IMG/VR virus record: IMGVR_UViG_2563366802_000006 | DNA: 46,505 bases | Reading direction: 5' to 3' (one strand) | Source: a virus | Lineage: Duplodnaviria; Heunggongvirae; Uroviricota; Caudoviricetes | Shown here: piece by piece, positions 33,652-42,830 of the stretch | How positions within the stretch are numbered: the stretch's first letter is position 1 | Layout: every line of letters starts with the position of its first letter | The notes under the pieces: generated by a model | The model's database searches: none | Told to the model about the DNA's origin: nothing | The model's input: only the letters and a program-made list of their open reading frames with translations | Translations under genes and position numbers: made by a program

Positions 33652-36223
33652 ACCGGTAGGCGATCTGGTCGTTGATTTGAGTCTGGATGCGGCCAGATTT
33701 GACGAGCAGATGGCCAGAGTCAGGCGTCATTTTTCCGGTACGGAAAGTGATGCGAAAAAAACAGCGGCAGTCGTTGAACAGTCGATGAACCGGCAGGCGC
33801 TGGCTGCACAGAAAGCGGGAATTTCCGTCGGGCAGTATAAAGCCGCCATGCGTATGCTGCCTGCGCAGTTCACTGACGTGGCCACGCAGCTTGCAGGCGG
33901 GCAAAGTCCGTGGCTGATCCTGCTGCAACAGGGGGGTCAGGTGAAGGACTCCTTCGGCGGGATGATCCCCATGTTCCGGGGGCTTGCCGGTGCGATCACC
34001 CTGCCGATGGTGGGGGCCACCTCGCTGGCGGTGGCGACCGGAGCGCTGGCGTATGCCTGGTATCAGGGCAACTCAACCCTGTCCGATTTCAACAAAACGC
34101 TGGTCCTTTCCGGCAATCAGGCGGGACTGACGGCAGATCGTATGCTGGTCCTGTCCAGAGCCGGGCAGGCGGCAGGGCTGACGTTTAACCAGACCAGCGA
34201 GTCACTGACGGCGCTGGTGAATGCCGGTGTGCGTGGTGGTGAGCAGTTTGAGGCGATCAGCCAGAGTGTGGCGCGTTTCTCCTCTGCATCCGGCGTGGAG
34301 GTGGACAAGGTCGCTGAAGCCTTCGGGAAGCTGACCACAGACCCGACGTCGGGACTGACAGCGATGGCACGTCAGTTCCATAACGTGACGGCGGAGCAGA
34401 TTGCGTATGTTGCTCAGTTGCAGCGTTCCGGAGATGAAGCCGGGGCATTGCAGGCGGCGAACGAGGCCGCAACGAAAGGGTTTGATGACCAAACCCGCCG
34501 CCTGAAAGAGAACATGGGCACGCTGGAGACCTGGGCAGACAGGACAGCACGGGCATTCAAATCCATGTGGGATTCGGTGCTGGATATTGGTCGCCCGGAC
34601 ACTGCCCAGGGAATGCTGGAGAAAGCAGAAAAGGCTTTTGATGAGGCGGACAAAAAATGGCAGTGGTATCAGAGCCGGAGCCACCGGCGCGGTAAAACCT
34701 CAGCATTTCTTGCCAATCTCCGGGGAGCATGGGAGGACAGAGCGAATGCGCAACTTGGGCTTTCAGCCGCCACGTTGCAGGCCGATCTTGAAAAGGCCAG
34801 AGAGATGGCAGCAAAGGACTGGGCCGAGTCTGAGGCATCACGGCTGAAATATACCGAAGAGGCGCAGAAGGCTTACGAACGGCTGCAGACGCCGCTGGAG
34901 AAATATACCGCCCGTCAGGAAGAACTGAACAAGGCACTGAAAGACGGGAAAATCCTGCAGGCGGATTACAACACGCTGATGGCGGCGGCGAAAAAGGATT
35001 ATGAAGCGACGCTGAAAAAGCCGAAACAGTCCGGCGTGAAGGTGTCTGCGGGCGATCGTCAGGAAGACAGTGCTCATGCTGCCCTGCTGACGCTTCAGGC
35101 TGAACTCCGGACGCTGGAGAAGCATGCCGGAGCAAATGAGAAAATCAGCCAGCAGCGCCGGGATTTGTGGAAGGCGGAGAGCCAGTTCGCGGTACTGGAG
35201 GAGGCGGCGCATCGTCGCCAGCTGTCTGCACAGGAGAAATCCCTGCTGGCGCATAAAGATGAGACGCTGGAATACAAACGCCAGCTGGCTGCACTTGGCG
35301 ACAAGGTTACGTATCAGGAGCGCCTGAACGCGCTGGCGCAGCAGGCGGATAAATTCGCACAGCAGCAACGGGCAAAACGGGCCGCCATTGATGCGAAAAG
35401 CCGGGGGCTGACTGACCGGCAGGCAGAACGGGAAGCCACGGAACAGCGCCTGAAGGAACAGTATGGCGATAATCCGCTGGCGCTGAATAACATCATGTCA
35501 GAGCAGAAAAAGACCTGGGCGGCTGAAGACCAGCTTCGCGGGAACTGGATGGCAGGCCTGAAGTCCGGCTGGAGTGAGTGGGAAGAGAGCGCCACGGACA
35601 GTATGTCGCAGGTAAAAAGTGCAGCCACGCAGACCTTTGACGGTATTGCACAGAATATGGCGGCGATGCTGACCGGCAGTGAGCAGAACTGGCGCAGCTT
35701 CACCCGTTCCGTGCTGTCCATGATGACAGAAATTCTGCTTAAGCAGGCAATGGTGGGGATTGTCGGGAGTATCGGCAGCGCCATTGGCGGGGCTGTTGGT
35801 GGCGGCGCATCCGCGTCAGGCGGTACAGCCATTCAGGCCGCTGCGGCGAAATTCCATTTTGCAACCGGAGGATTTACGGGAACCGGCGGCAAATATGAGC
35901 CAGCGGGGATTGTTCACCGTGGTGAGTTTGTCTTCACGAAGGAGGCAACCAGCCGGATTGGCGTGGGGAATCTTTACCGGCTGATGCGCGGCTATGCCAC
36001 CGGCGGTTATGTCGGTACACCGGGCAGCATGGCAGACAGCCGGTCGCAGGCGTCCGGGACGTTTGAGCAGAATAACCATGTGGTGATTAACAACGACGGC
36101 ACGAACGGGCAGATAGGTCCGGCTGCTCTGAAGGCGGTGTATGACATGGCCCGCAAGGGTGCCCGTGATGAAATTCAGACACAGATGCGTGATGGTGGCC
36201 TGTTCTCCGGAGGTGGACGATGA
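33644..36223 (+). CDS. H: Tape measure protein H
   Basis: 859-aa ORF matching lambda gpH. Confidence 0.96.
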   Translation: MAEPVGDLVVDLSLDAARFDEQMARVRRHFSGTESDAKKTAAVVEQSMNRQALAAQKAGISVGQYKAAMRMLPAQFTDVATQLAGGQSPWLILLQQGGQVKDSFGGMIPMFRGLAGAITLPMVGATSLAVATGALAYAWYQGNSTLSDFNKTLVLSGNQAGLTADRMLVLSRAGQAAGLTFNQTSESLTALVNAGVRGGEQFEAISQSVARFSSASGVEVDKVAEAFGKLTTDPTSGLTAMARQFHNVTAEQIAYVAQLQRSGDEAGALQAANEAATKGFDDQTRRLKENMGTLETWADRTARAFKSMWDSVLDIGRPDTAQGMLEKAEKAFDEADKKWQWYQSRSHRRGKTSAFLANLRGAWEDRANAQLGLSAATLQADLEKAREMAAKDWAESEASRLKYTEEAQKAYERLQTPLEKYTARQEELNKALKDGKILQADYNTLMAAAKKDYEATLKKPKQSGVKVSAGDRQEDSAHAALLTLQAELRTLEKHAGANEKISQQRRDLWKAESQFAVLEEAAHRRQLSAQEKSLLAHKDETLEYKRQLAALGDKVTYQERLNALAQQADKFAQQQRAKRAAIDAKSRGLTDRQAEREATEQRLKEQYGDNPLALNNIMSEQKKTWAAEDQLRGNWMAGLKSGWSEWEESATDSMSQVKSAATQTFDGIAQNMAAMLTGSEQNWRSFTRSVLSMMTEILLKQAMVGIVGSIGSAIGGAVGGGASASGGTAIQAAAAKFHFATGGFTGTGGKYEPAGIVHRGEFVFTKEATSRIGVGNLYRLMRGYATGGYVGTPGSMADSRSQASGTFEQNNHVVINNDGTNGQIGPAALKAVYDMARKGARDEIQTQMRDGGLFSGGGR

Positions 36224-36549
36224 AGACCTTCCGCTGGAAAGTGAAACCCGGTATGGATGTGGCTTCGGTCCCTTCTGTAAGAAAGGTGCGCTTTGGTGAT
36301 GGCTATTCTCAGCGAGCGCCTGCCGGGCTGAATGCCAACCTGAAAACGTACAGCGTGACGCTTTCTGTCCCCCGTGAGGAGGCCACGGTACTGGAGTCGT
36401 TTCTGGAAGAGCACGGGGGCTGGAAATCCTTTCTGTGGACGCCGCCTTATGAGTGGCGGCAGATAAAGGTGACCTGCGCAAAATGGTCGTCGCGGGTCAG
36501 TATGTTGCGTGTTGAGTTCAGCGCAGAGTTTGAACAGGTGGTGAACTGA
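36220..36549 (+). CDS. M: Tail tip protein M
   Basis: 109-aa ORF matching lambda gpM. Confidence 0.95.
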   Translation: MKTFRWKVKPGMDVASVPSVRKVRFGDGYSQRAPAGLNANLKTYSVTLSVPREEATVLESFLEEHGGWKSFLWTPPYEWRQIKVTCAKWSSRVSMLRVEFSAEFEQVVN

Positions 36550-37247
36550 TGCAGGATATCCGGCAGGAAACGCTGAATGAATGCACCCGTGCGGAGCAGT
36601 CGGCCAGCGTGGTGCTCTGGGAAATCGACCTGACAGAGGTCGGTGGAGAACGTTATTTTTTCTGTAATGAGCAGAACGAAAAAGGTGAGCCGGTCACCTG
36701 GCAGGGGCGACAGTATCAGCCGTATCCCATTCAGGGGAGCGGTTTTGAACTGAATGGCAAAGGCACCAGTACGCGCCCCACGCTGACGGTTTCTAACCTG
36801 TACGGTATGGTCACCGGGATGGCGGAAGATATGCAGAGTCTGGTCGGCGGAACGGTGGTCCGGCGTAAGGTTTACGCCCGTTTTCTGGATGCGGTGAACT
36901 TCGTCAACGGAAACAGTTACGCCGATCCGGAGCAGGAGGTGATCAGCCGCTGGCGCATTGAGCAGTGCAGCGAACTGAGCGCGGTGAGTGCCTCCTTTGT
37001 ACTGTCCACGCCGACGGAAACGGATGGCGCTGTTTTTCCGGGACGTATCATGCTGGCCAACACCTGCACCTGGACCTATCGCGGTGACGAGTGCGGTTAT
37101 AGCGGTCCGGCTGTCGCGGATGAATATGACCAGCCAACGTCCGATATCACGAAGGATAAATGCAGCAAATGCCTGAGCGGTTGTAAGTTCCGCAATAACG
37201 TCGGCAACTTTGGCGGCTTCCTTTCCATTAACAAACTTTCGCAGTAA
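36549..37247 (+). CDS. L: Tail tip protein L
   Basis: 232-aa ORF matching lambda gpL. Confidence 0.95.
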   Translation: MQDIRQETLNECTRAEQSASVVLWEIDLTEVGGERYFFCNEQNEKGEPVTWQGRQYQPYPIQGSGFELNGKGTSTRPTLTVSNLYGMVTGMAEDMQSLVGGTVVRRKVYARFLDAVNFVNGNSYADPEQEVISRWRIEQCSELSAVSASFVLSTPTETDGAVFPGRIMLANTCTWTYRGDECGYSGPAVADEYDQPTSDITKDKCSKCLSGCKFRNNVGNFGGFLSINKLSQ

Positions 37248-37252
37248 ATCCC

Positions 37253-37996
37253 ATGACACAGACAGAATCAGCGATTCTGGCGCACGCCCGGCGATGTGCG
37301 CCAGCGGAGTCGTGCGGCTTCGTGGTAAGCACGCCGGAGGGGGAAAGATATTTTCCCTGCGTGAATATCTCCGGTGAGCCGGAGGCGTATTTCCGTATGT
37401 CGCCGGAAGACTGGCTGCAGGCAGAAATGCAGGGTGAGATTGTGGCGCTGGTCCACAGCCACCCCGGTGGTCTGCCCTGGCTGAGTGAGGCCGACCGGCG
37501 GCTGCAGGTGCAGAGTGATTTGCCGTGGTGGCTGGTCTGCCGGGGGACGATTCATAAGTTCCGCTGTGTGCCGCATCTCACCGGGCGGCGCTTTGAGCAC
37601 GGTGTGACGGACTGTTACACACTGTTCCGGGATGCTTATCATCTGGCGGGGATTGAGATGCCGGACTTTTATCGTGAGGATGACTGGTGGCGTAACGGCC
37701 AGAATCTCTATCTGGATAATCTGGAGGCGACGGGGCTGTATCAGGTGCCGTTGTCAGCGGCACAGCCGGGCGATGTGCTGCTGTGCTGTTTTGGTTCATC
37801 AGTGCCGAATCACGCCGCAATTTACTGCGGCGACGGCGAGCTGCTGCACCATATTCCTGAACAACTGAGCAAACGAGAGAGGTACACCGACAAATGGCAG
37901 CGACGCACACACTCCCTCTGGCGTCACCGGGCATGGCGCGCATCTGCCTTTACGGGGATTTACAACGATTTGGTCGCCGCATCGACCTTCGTGTGA
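37253..37996 (+). CDS. K: Tail tip assembly protein K
   Basis: 247-aa ORF matching lambda gpK. Confidence 0.95.
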   Translation: MTQTESAILAHARRCAPAESCGFVVSTPEGERYFPCVNISGEPEAYFRMSPEDWLQAEMQGEIVALVHSHPGGLPWLSEADRRLQVQSDLPWWLVCRGTIHKFRCVPHLTGRRFEHGVTDCYTLFRDAYHLAGIEMPDFYREDDWWRNGQNLYLDNLEATGLYQVPLSAAQPGDVLLCCFGSSVPNHAAIYCGDGELLHHIPEQLSKRERYTDKWQRRTHSLWRHRAWRASAFTGIYNDLVAASTFV

Positions 37997-38565
37997 AAAC
38001 GGGGGCTGAAGCCATCCGGGTACTGGCCACACAGCTCCCGGCGTTTCGTCAGAAACTGAGCGACGGCTGGTATCAGGTACGGATTGCCGGGCGGGACGTC
38101 AGCACGTCCGGGTTAACGGCGCAGTTACATGAGACTCTGCCTGATGGCGCTGTGATTCATATTGTTCCCAGAGTCGCCGGGGCCAAGTCAGGTGGCGTAT
38201 TCCAGATTGTCCTGGGGGCTGCCGCCATTGCCGGATCATTCTTTACCGCCGGAGCCACCCTTGCAGCATGGGGGGCAGCCATTGGGGCCGGTGGTATGAC
38301 CGGCATCCTGTTTTCTCTCGGTGCCAGTATGGTACTTGGTGGTGTGGCGCAGATGCTGGCACCGAAAGCCAGAACTCCCCGTACACAGACAACGGATAAC
38401 GGTAAGCAGAACACCTATTTCTCCTCACTGGATAACATGGTTGCCCAGGGCAATGTTCTGCCTGTTCTGTACGGGGAAATGCGCGTGGGGTCTCGCGTGG
38501 TTTCTCAGGAGATCAGCACGGCAGACGAAGGGGACGGTGGTCAGGTTGTGGTGATTGGTCGCTGA
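37894..38565 (+). CDS. I: Tail tip assembly protein I
   Basis: 223-aa ORF matching lambda gpI; overlaps the K 3' end in another frame, as in lambda. Confidence 0.95.
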   Translation: MAATHTLPLASPGMARICLYGDLQRFGRRIDLRVKTGAEAIRVLATQLPAFRQKLSDGWYQVRIAGRDVSTSGLTAQLHETLPDGAVIHIVPRVAGAKSGGVFQIVLGAAAIAGSFFTAGATLAAWGAAIGAGGMTGILFSLGASMVLGGVAQMLAPKARTPRTQTTDNGKQNTYFSSLDNMVAQGNVLPVLYGEMRVGSRVVSQEISTADEGDGGQVVVIGR

Positions 38566-38625
38566 TGCAAAATGTTTTATGTGAAACCGCCTGCGGGCGG
38601 TTTTGTCGTTTATGGAGCGTGACGA

Positions 38626-41600
38626 ATGGGTAAAGGCAGCAGTAAGGGGCATACCCCGCGCGAAGCGAAGGACAACCTGAAGTCCACGCAGCTGCTGAGT
38701 GTGATCGATGCCATCAGCGAAGGGCCGATTGAAGGTCCGGTGGATGGATTAAAAAGCGTGCTGCTGAACAGTACACCGGTGCTGGACAGTGAGGGGAATA
38801 CCAACATCTCCGGTGTCACGGTGGTGTTCCGGGCAGGTGAGCAAGAACAGACACCGCCAGAGGGATTTGAATCATCAGGTTCTGAGACGGTACTGGGTAC
38901 GGAAGTGAAATACGACACGCCGATCACCCGGACTATCACGTCTGCAAACATCGACCGTCTGCGCTTTACCTTCGGTGTGCAGGCACTGGTGGAAACCACC
39001 TCAAAGGGTGACAGGAATCCGTCGGAGGTCCGACTGCTGGTTCAGATACAGCGTAACGGTGGCTGGGTGACAGAAAAAGACATCACCATTAAGGGCAAAA
39101 CCACGTCGCAGTATCTGGCCTCGGTGGTGGTGGATAACCTGCCGCCGCGCCCGTTCAATATCCGGATGCGCAGGATGACGCCGGACAGCACCACAGACCA
39201 GCTGCAGAACAAAACGCTCTGGTCGTCATACACCGAAATTATCGATGTGAAACAGTGCTACCCGAACACGGCACTGGTCGGCGTGCAGGTGGACTCGGAG
39301 CAGTTCGGCAGCCAGCAGGTGAGCCGTAATTATCATCTGCGCGGGCGTATTCTGCAGGTGCCGTCGAATTATAACCCGCAGACGCGGCAATACAGCGGTA
39401 TCTGGGACGGAACGTTTAAACCGGCATACAGCAACAACATGGCCTGGTGTCTGTGGGATATGCTGACCCACCCGCGCTACGGCATGGGGAAACGTCTTGG
39501 TGCGGCGGATGTGGATAAATGGGCGCTGTATGTCATCGGCCAGTACTGCGACCAGTCAGTGCCGGACGGCTTTGGCGGCACGGAGCCGCGCATCACCTGT
39601 AATGCGTACCTGACCACACAGCGCAAGGCGTGGGATGTGCTCAGTGATTTCTGCTCGGCGATGCGCTGTATGCCGGTATGGAACGGGCAGACGCTGACGT
39701 TCGTGCAGGACCGACCGTCGGATAAGGTGTGGACCTATAACCGCAGTAATGTGGTGATGCCGGATGATGGCGCGCCGTTCCGCTACAGTTTCAGCGCCCT
39801 GAAGGACCGCCATAATGCCGTTGAGGTGAACTGGATTGACCCGAATAACGGCTGGGAAACGGCAACAGAGCTTGTGGAGGACACGCAGGCCATTGCCCGT
39901 TACGGTCGTAACGTCACGAAAATGGATGCCTTTGGCTGTACCAGCCGGGGGCAGGCGCACCGCGCCGGGCTGTGGCTGATTAAAACGGAACTGCTGGAAA
40001 CGCAGACCGTGGACTTCAGCGTGGGTGCAGAAGGGCTGCGCCATGTACCGGGTGATGTTATTGAAATCTGCGATGATGACTATGCGGGGATCAGCATTGG
40101 CGGGCGCGTGCTGGCGGTGAACAGCCAGACCCGGACGCTGACGCTCGACCGTGAAATCACGCTGCCATCCTCCGGCACCACGCTGATAAGCCTGGTTGAC
40201 GGGCAGGGTAATCCGGTGAGCGTGGAGGTCCAGTCCGTCACCGACGGCGTGAAGGTAAAAGTGAGCCGTGTTCCTGACGGCGTTGCCGAATACAGCGTGT
40301 GGGGGCTGAAGCTGCCGATGCTGCGTCAGCGCCTGTTCCGCTGTGTGAGTATCCGTGAGAACGACGACGGCACGTATGCCATCACCGCCGTGCAGCATGT
40401 GCCGGAAAAAGAGGCCATCGTGGATAACGGGGCGCACTTTGACGGCGACCAGAGTGGCACGGTGAATGGTGTCACGCCGCCAGCGGTGCAGCACCTGACT
40501 GCCGAAGTCACCGCAGACAGCGGGGAATATCAGGTACTGGCGCGCTGGGACACGCCGAAGGTGGTGAAGGGCGTGAGCTTTATGCTTCGCCTGACCGTGG
40601 CAGCGGATGACGGCAGTGAGCGGCTGGTCAGCACGGCCCGGACGACGGAAACCACATACCGCTTCACGCAACTGGCGTTGGGAAACTACAGGCTGACAGT
40701 CCGGGCGGCAAATGCCTGGGGGCAGCAGGGCGATCCGGCGTCGGTATCGTTCCGGATTGCCGCACCGGCAGCACCGTCGCGGATTGAGCTGACACCGGGG
40801 TATTTTCAGATAACCGCCACGCCGCATCTTGCCGTTTATGACCCGACGGTACAGTTTGAATTCTGGTTCTCGGAAAAGCGGATTGCGGATATCAGACAGG
40901 TTGAAACCACAGCGCGCTATCTTGGCACGGCGCTGTACTGGATAGCTGCCAGTATCAATATCAGGCCGGGCCATGATTATTATTTTTACATCCGCAGTGT
41001 GAACACCGTTGGCAAATCGGCATTTGTGGAGGCTGTTGGCCAGCCGAGTGATGATGCATCCGGCTATCTGGATTTTTTCAAAGGAGAGATAGGGAAAACC
41101 CATCTGGCTCAGGAGTTGTGGACGCAGATTGATAACGGTCAGCTTGCGCCTGACCTGGCTGAAATCAGGATGTCCATTACGGATGTCAGCAATGAAATCA
41201 CGCAGACCGTCAATAAGAAACTGGAAGACCAGAGTGCAGCAATTCAGCAGATACAGAAGGTTCAGGTTGATACAAATAATAACCTGAACAGCATGTGGGC
41301 TGTGAAGCTGCAGCAGATGCAGGACGGACGCCTTTATATCGCGGGTATTGGTGCCGGTATTGAGAATACCCCTGACGGTATGCAGAGTCAGGTGCTGCTG
41401 GCGGCGGACAGGATTGCGATGATTAATCCTGCGAATGGCAACACAAAGCCGATGTTTGTTGGTCAGGGCGATCAGATATTCATGAACGAAGTGTTCCTGA
41501 AATACCTGACGGCTCCCACCATTACCAGCGGCGGTAATCCTCCGGCATTTTCCCTGACACCGGACGGGCGGCTGACGGCGAAAAATGCAGATATCAGCGG

Positions 41601-42105
41601 TAACGTGAATGCGAACTCCGGGACGCTCAACAATGTCACGATTAATCAGAACTGCCGGATTCTGGGAAAACTGTCAGCCAACCAGATTGAAGGCGATATT
41701 GTTAAAACGGTGGGCAAAGCTTTCCCCCGGGACTCCCGTGCACCGGAGCGGTGGCCATCAGGAACCATTACCGTCAGGGTTTATGACGATCAGCCGTTTG
41801 ACCGGCAAATTGTTATCCCGGCGGTGGCATTCAGTGGCGCTAAACATGAGCAAGATCATACTGATATCTACTCCTCATGCCGTCTGATAGTACGAAAAAA
41901 CGGTGCTGAAATTTATAACCGAACGGCTCTGGATAATACGCTGATATATACGGGTGTTATTGATATGCCTGCAGGCAGTGGTGTCATGACACTGGAATTT
42001 TCTGTATCGGCATGGCTGGTAAATGGCTGGTATCCCACAGCAAGTATCAGCGATTTGCTGGTTGTGGTGATGAAGAAAGCCACCGCAGGCATCAGTATCA
42101 GCTGA
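38626..42105 (+). CDS. J: Central tail fibre / host-specificity protein J
   Basis: 1159-aa ORF; N-terminal roughly 900 aa match lambda gpJ closely. Confidence 0.96.
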   Translation: MGKGSSKGHTPREAKDNLKSTQLLSVIDAISEGPIEGPVDGLKSVLLNSTPVLDSEGNTNISGVTVVFRAGEQEQTPPEGFESSGSETVLGTEVKYDTPITRTITSANIDRLRFTFGVQALVETTSKGDRNPSEVRLLVQIQRNGGWVTEKDITIKGKTTSQYLASVVVDNLPPRPFNIRMRRMTPDSTTDQLQNKTLWSSYTEIIDVKQCYPNTALVGVQVDSEQFGSQQVSRNYHLRGRILQVPSNYNPQTRQYSGIWDGTFKPAYSNNMAWCLWDMLTHPRYGMGKRLGAADVDKWALYVIGQYCDQSVPDGFGGTEPRITCNAYLTTQRKAWDVLSDFCSAMRCMPVWNGQTLTFVQDRPSDKVWTYNRSNVVMPDDGAPFRYSFSALKDRHNAVEVNWIDPNNGWETATELVEDTQAIARYGRNVTKMDAFGCTSRGQAHRAGLWLIKTELLETQTVDFSVGAEGLRHVPGDVIEICDDDYAGISIGGRVLAVNSQTRTLTLDREITLPSSGTTLISLVDGQGNPVSVEVQSVTDGVKVKVSRVPDGVAEYSVWGLKLPMLRQRLFRCVSIRENDDGTYAITAVQHVPEKEAIVDNGAHFDGDQSGTVNGVTPPAVQHLTAEVTADSGEYQVLARWDTPKVVKGVSFMLRLTVAADDGSERLVSTARTTETTYRFTQLALGNYRLTVRAANAWGQQGDPASVSFRIAAPAAPSRIELTPGYFQITATPHLAVYDPTVQFEFWFSEKRIADIRQVETTARYLGTALYWIAASINIRPGHDYYFYIRSVNTVGKSAFVEAVGQPSDDASGYLDFFKGEIGKTHLAQELWTQIDNGQLAPDLAEIRMSITDVSNEITQTVNKKLEDQSAAIQQIQKVQVDTNNNLNSMWAVKLQQMQDGRLYIAGIGAGIENTPDGMQSQVLLAADRIAMINPANGNTKPMFVGQGDQIFMNEVFLKYLTAPTITSGGNPPAFSLTPDGRLTAKNADISGNVNANSGTLNNVTINQNCRILGKLSANQIEGDIVKTVGKAFPRDSRAPERWPSGTITVRVYDDQPFDRQIVIPAVAFSGAKHEQDHTDIYSSCRLIVRKNGAEIYNRTALDNTLIYTGVIDMPAGSGVMTLEFSVSAWLVNGWYPTASISDLLVVVMKKATAGISIS

Positions 42106-42124
42106 ATTTTATAACCCCAATACG

Positions 42125-42150
42125 GGCGTCAGAAATGACGCCTTTTTTAT
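42125..42150 (+). terminator. Rho-independent terminator after J
   Basis: Hairpin GGCGTCAGAAATGACGCC followed by TTTTTTATT. Confidence 0.7.
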
Positions 42151-42172
42151 TGCAGAAAAGCGAGAGGTAATT

Positions 42173-42772
42173 ATGCGTAAATTATGTGCTGTTATTCTGT
42201 CCGCAGTAGTCTGGCTGGTTGCCGCTGGTACGCCAGCGAGCGCAGCAGAGCATCAGTCCACACTAAGCGCCGGGTATCTTCAGACCCATACTGATATGCC
42301 AGGCAGTGATGACCTGAAGGGCATTAACGTGAAATACCGTTATGAATTTACGGACACGCTGGGGCTGGTGACGTCATTCAGTTATGCCAATGCCAAAGAT
42401 GAGCAAAAAACGCATTACAGCGATACCCGCTGGCATGAAGATTCAGTGCGTAACCGCTGGTTCAGCATGATGGCGGGGCCATCTGTACGCGTGAATGAAT
42501 GGTTCAGTGCTTATGCGATGGCAGGTGTGGCTTACAGCCGTGTTTCGACGTTCTCCGGGGATTATCTCCGCGTAACTGACAACAAGGGGAAAACGCACGA
42601 TGTGCTGACCGGAAGTGATGACGATCGCCACAGCAACACGTCTCTGGCGTGGGGAGCTAGCGTGCAGTTTAACCCGACCGAATCCGTGGCCATTGATATT
42701 GCTTATGAAGGCTCCGGCAGTGGCGACTGGCGCACTGACGGTTTCATCGTGGGTGTCGGTTATAAATTCTGA
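42173..42772 (+). CDS. lom: Lom outer-membrane protein (Ail/Lom/PagC family)
   Basis: 199-aa ORF with signal peptide and beta-barrel signature ending ...GFIVGVGYKF; matches lambda Lom. Confidence 0.93.
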   Translation: MRKLCAVILSAVVWLVAAGTPASAAEHQSTLSAGYLQTHTDMPGSDDLKGINVKYRYEFTDTLGLVTSFSYANAKDEQKTHYSDTRWHEDSVRNRWFSMMAGPSVRVNEWFSAYAMAGVAYSRVSTFSGDYLRVTDNKGKTHDVLTGSDDDRHSNTSLAWGASVQFNPTESVAIDIAYEGSGSGDWRTDGFIVGVGYKF

Positions 42773-42798
42773 TTAGCCAGGTAACACAGTGTTATGAC

Positions 42799-42826
42799 AG
42801 CCCGCCGGTTCAGGCGGGCTTTTTTG
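42799..42826 (+). terminator. Rho-independent terminator after lom
   Basis: Hairpin AGCCCGCCGGTTCAGGCGGGCT followed by TTTTTT. Confidence 0.7.
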
Positions 42827-42830
42827 TGGA

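Noticed and set aside
39556-41103. 515-aa ORF on the minus strand inside J
   Set aside because: Antisense to a well-supported, lambda-identical tail gene in GC-rich sequence; Arg/Pro/Cys-rich composition typical of chance antisense frames; no start context.
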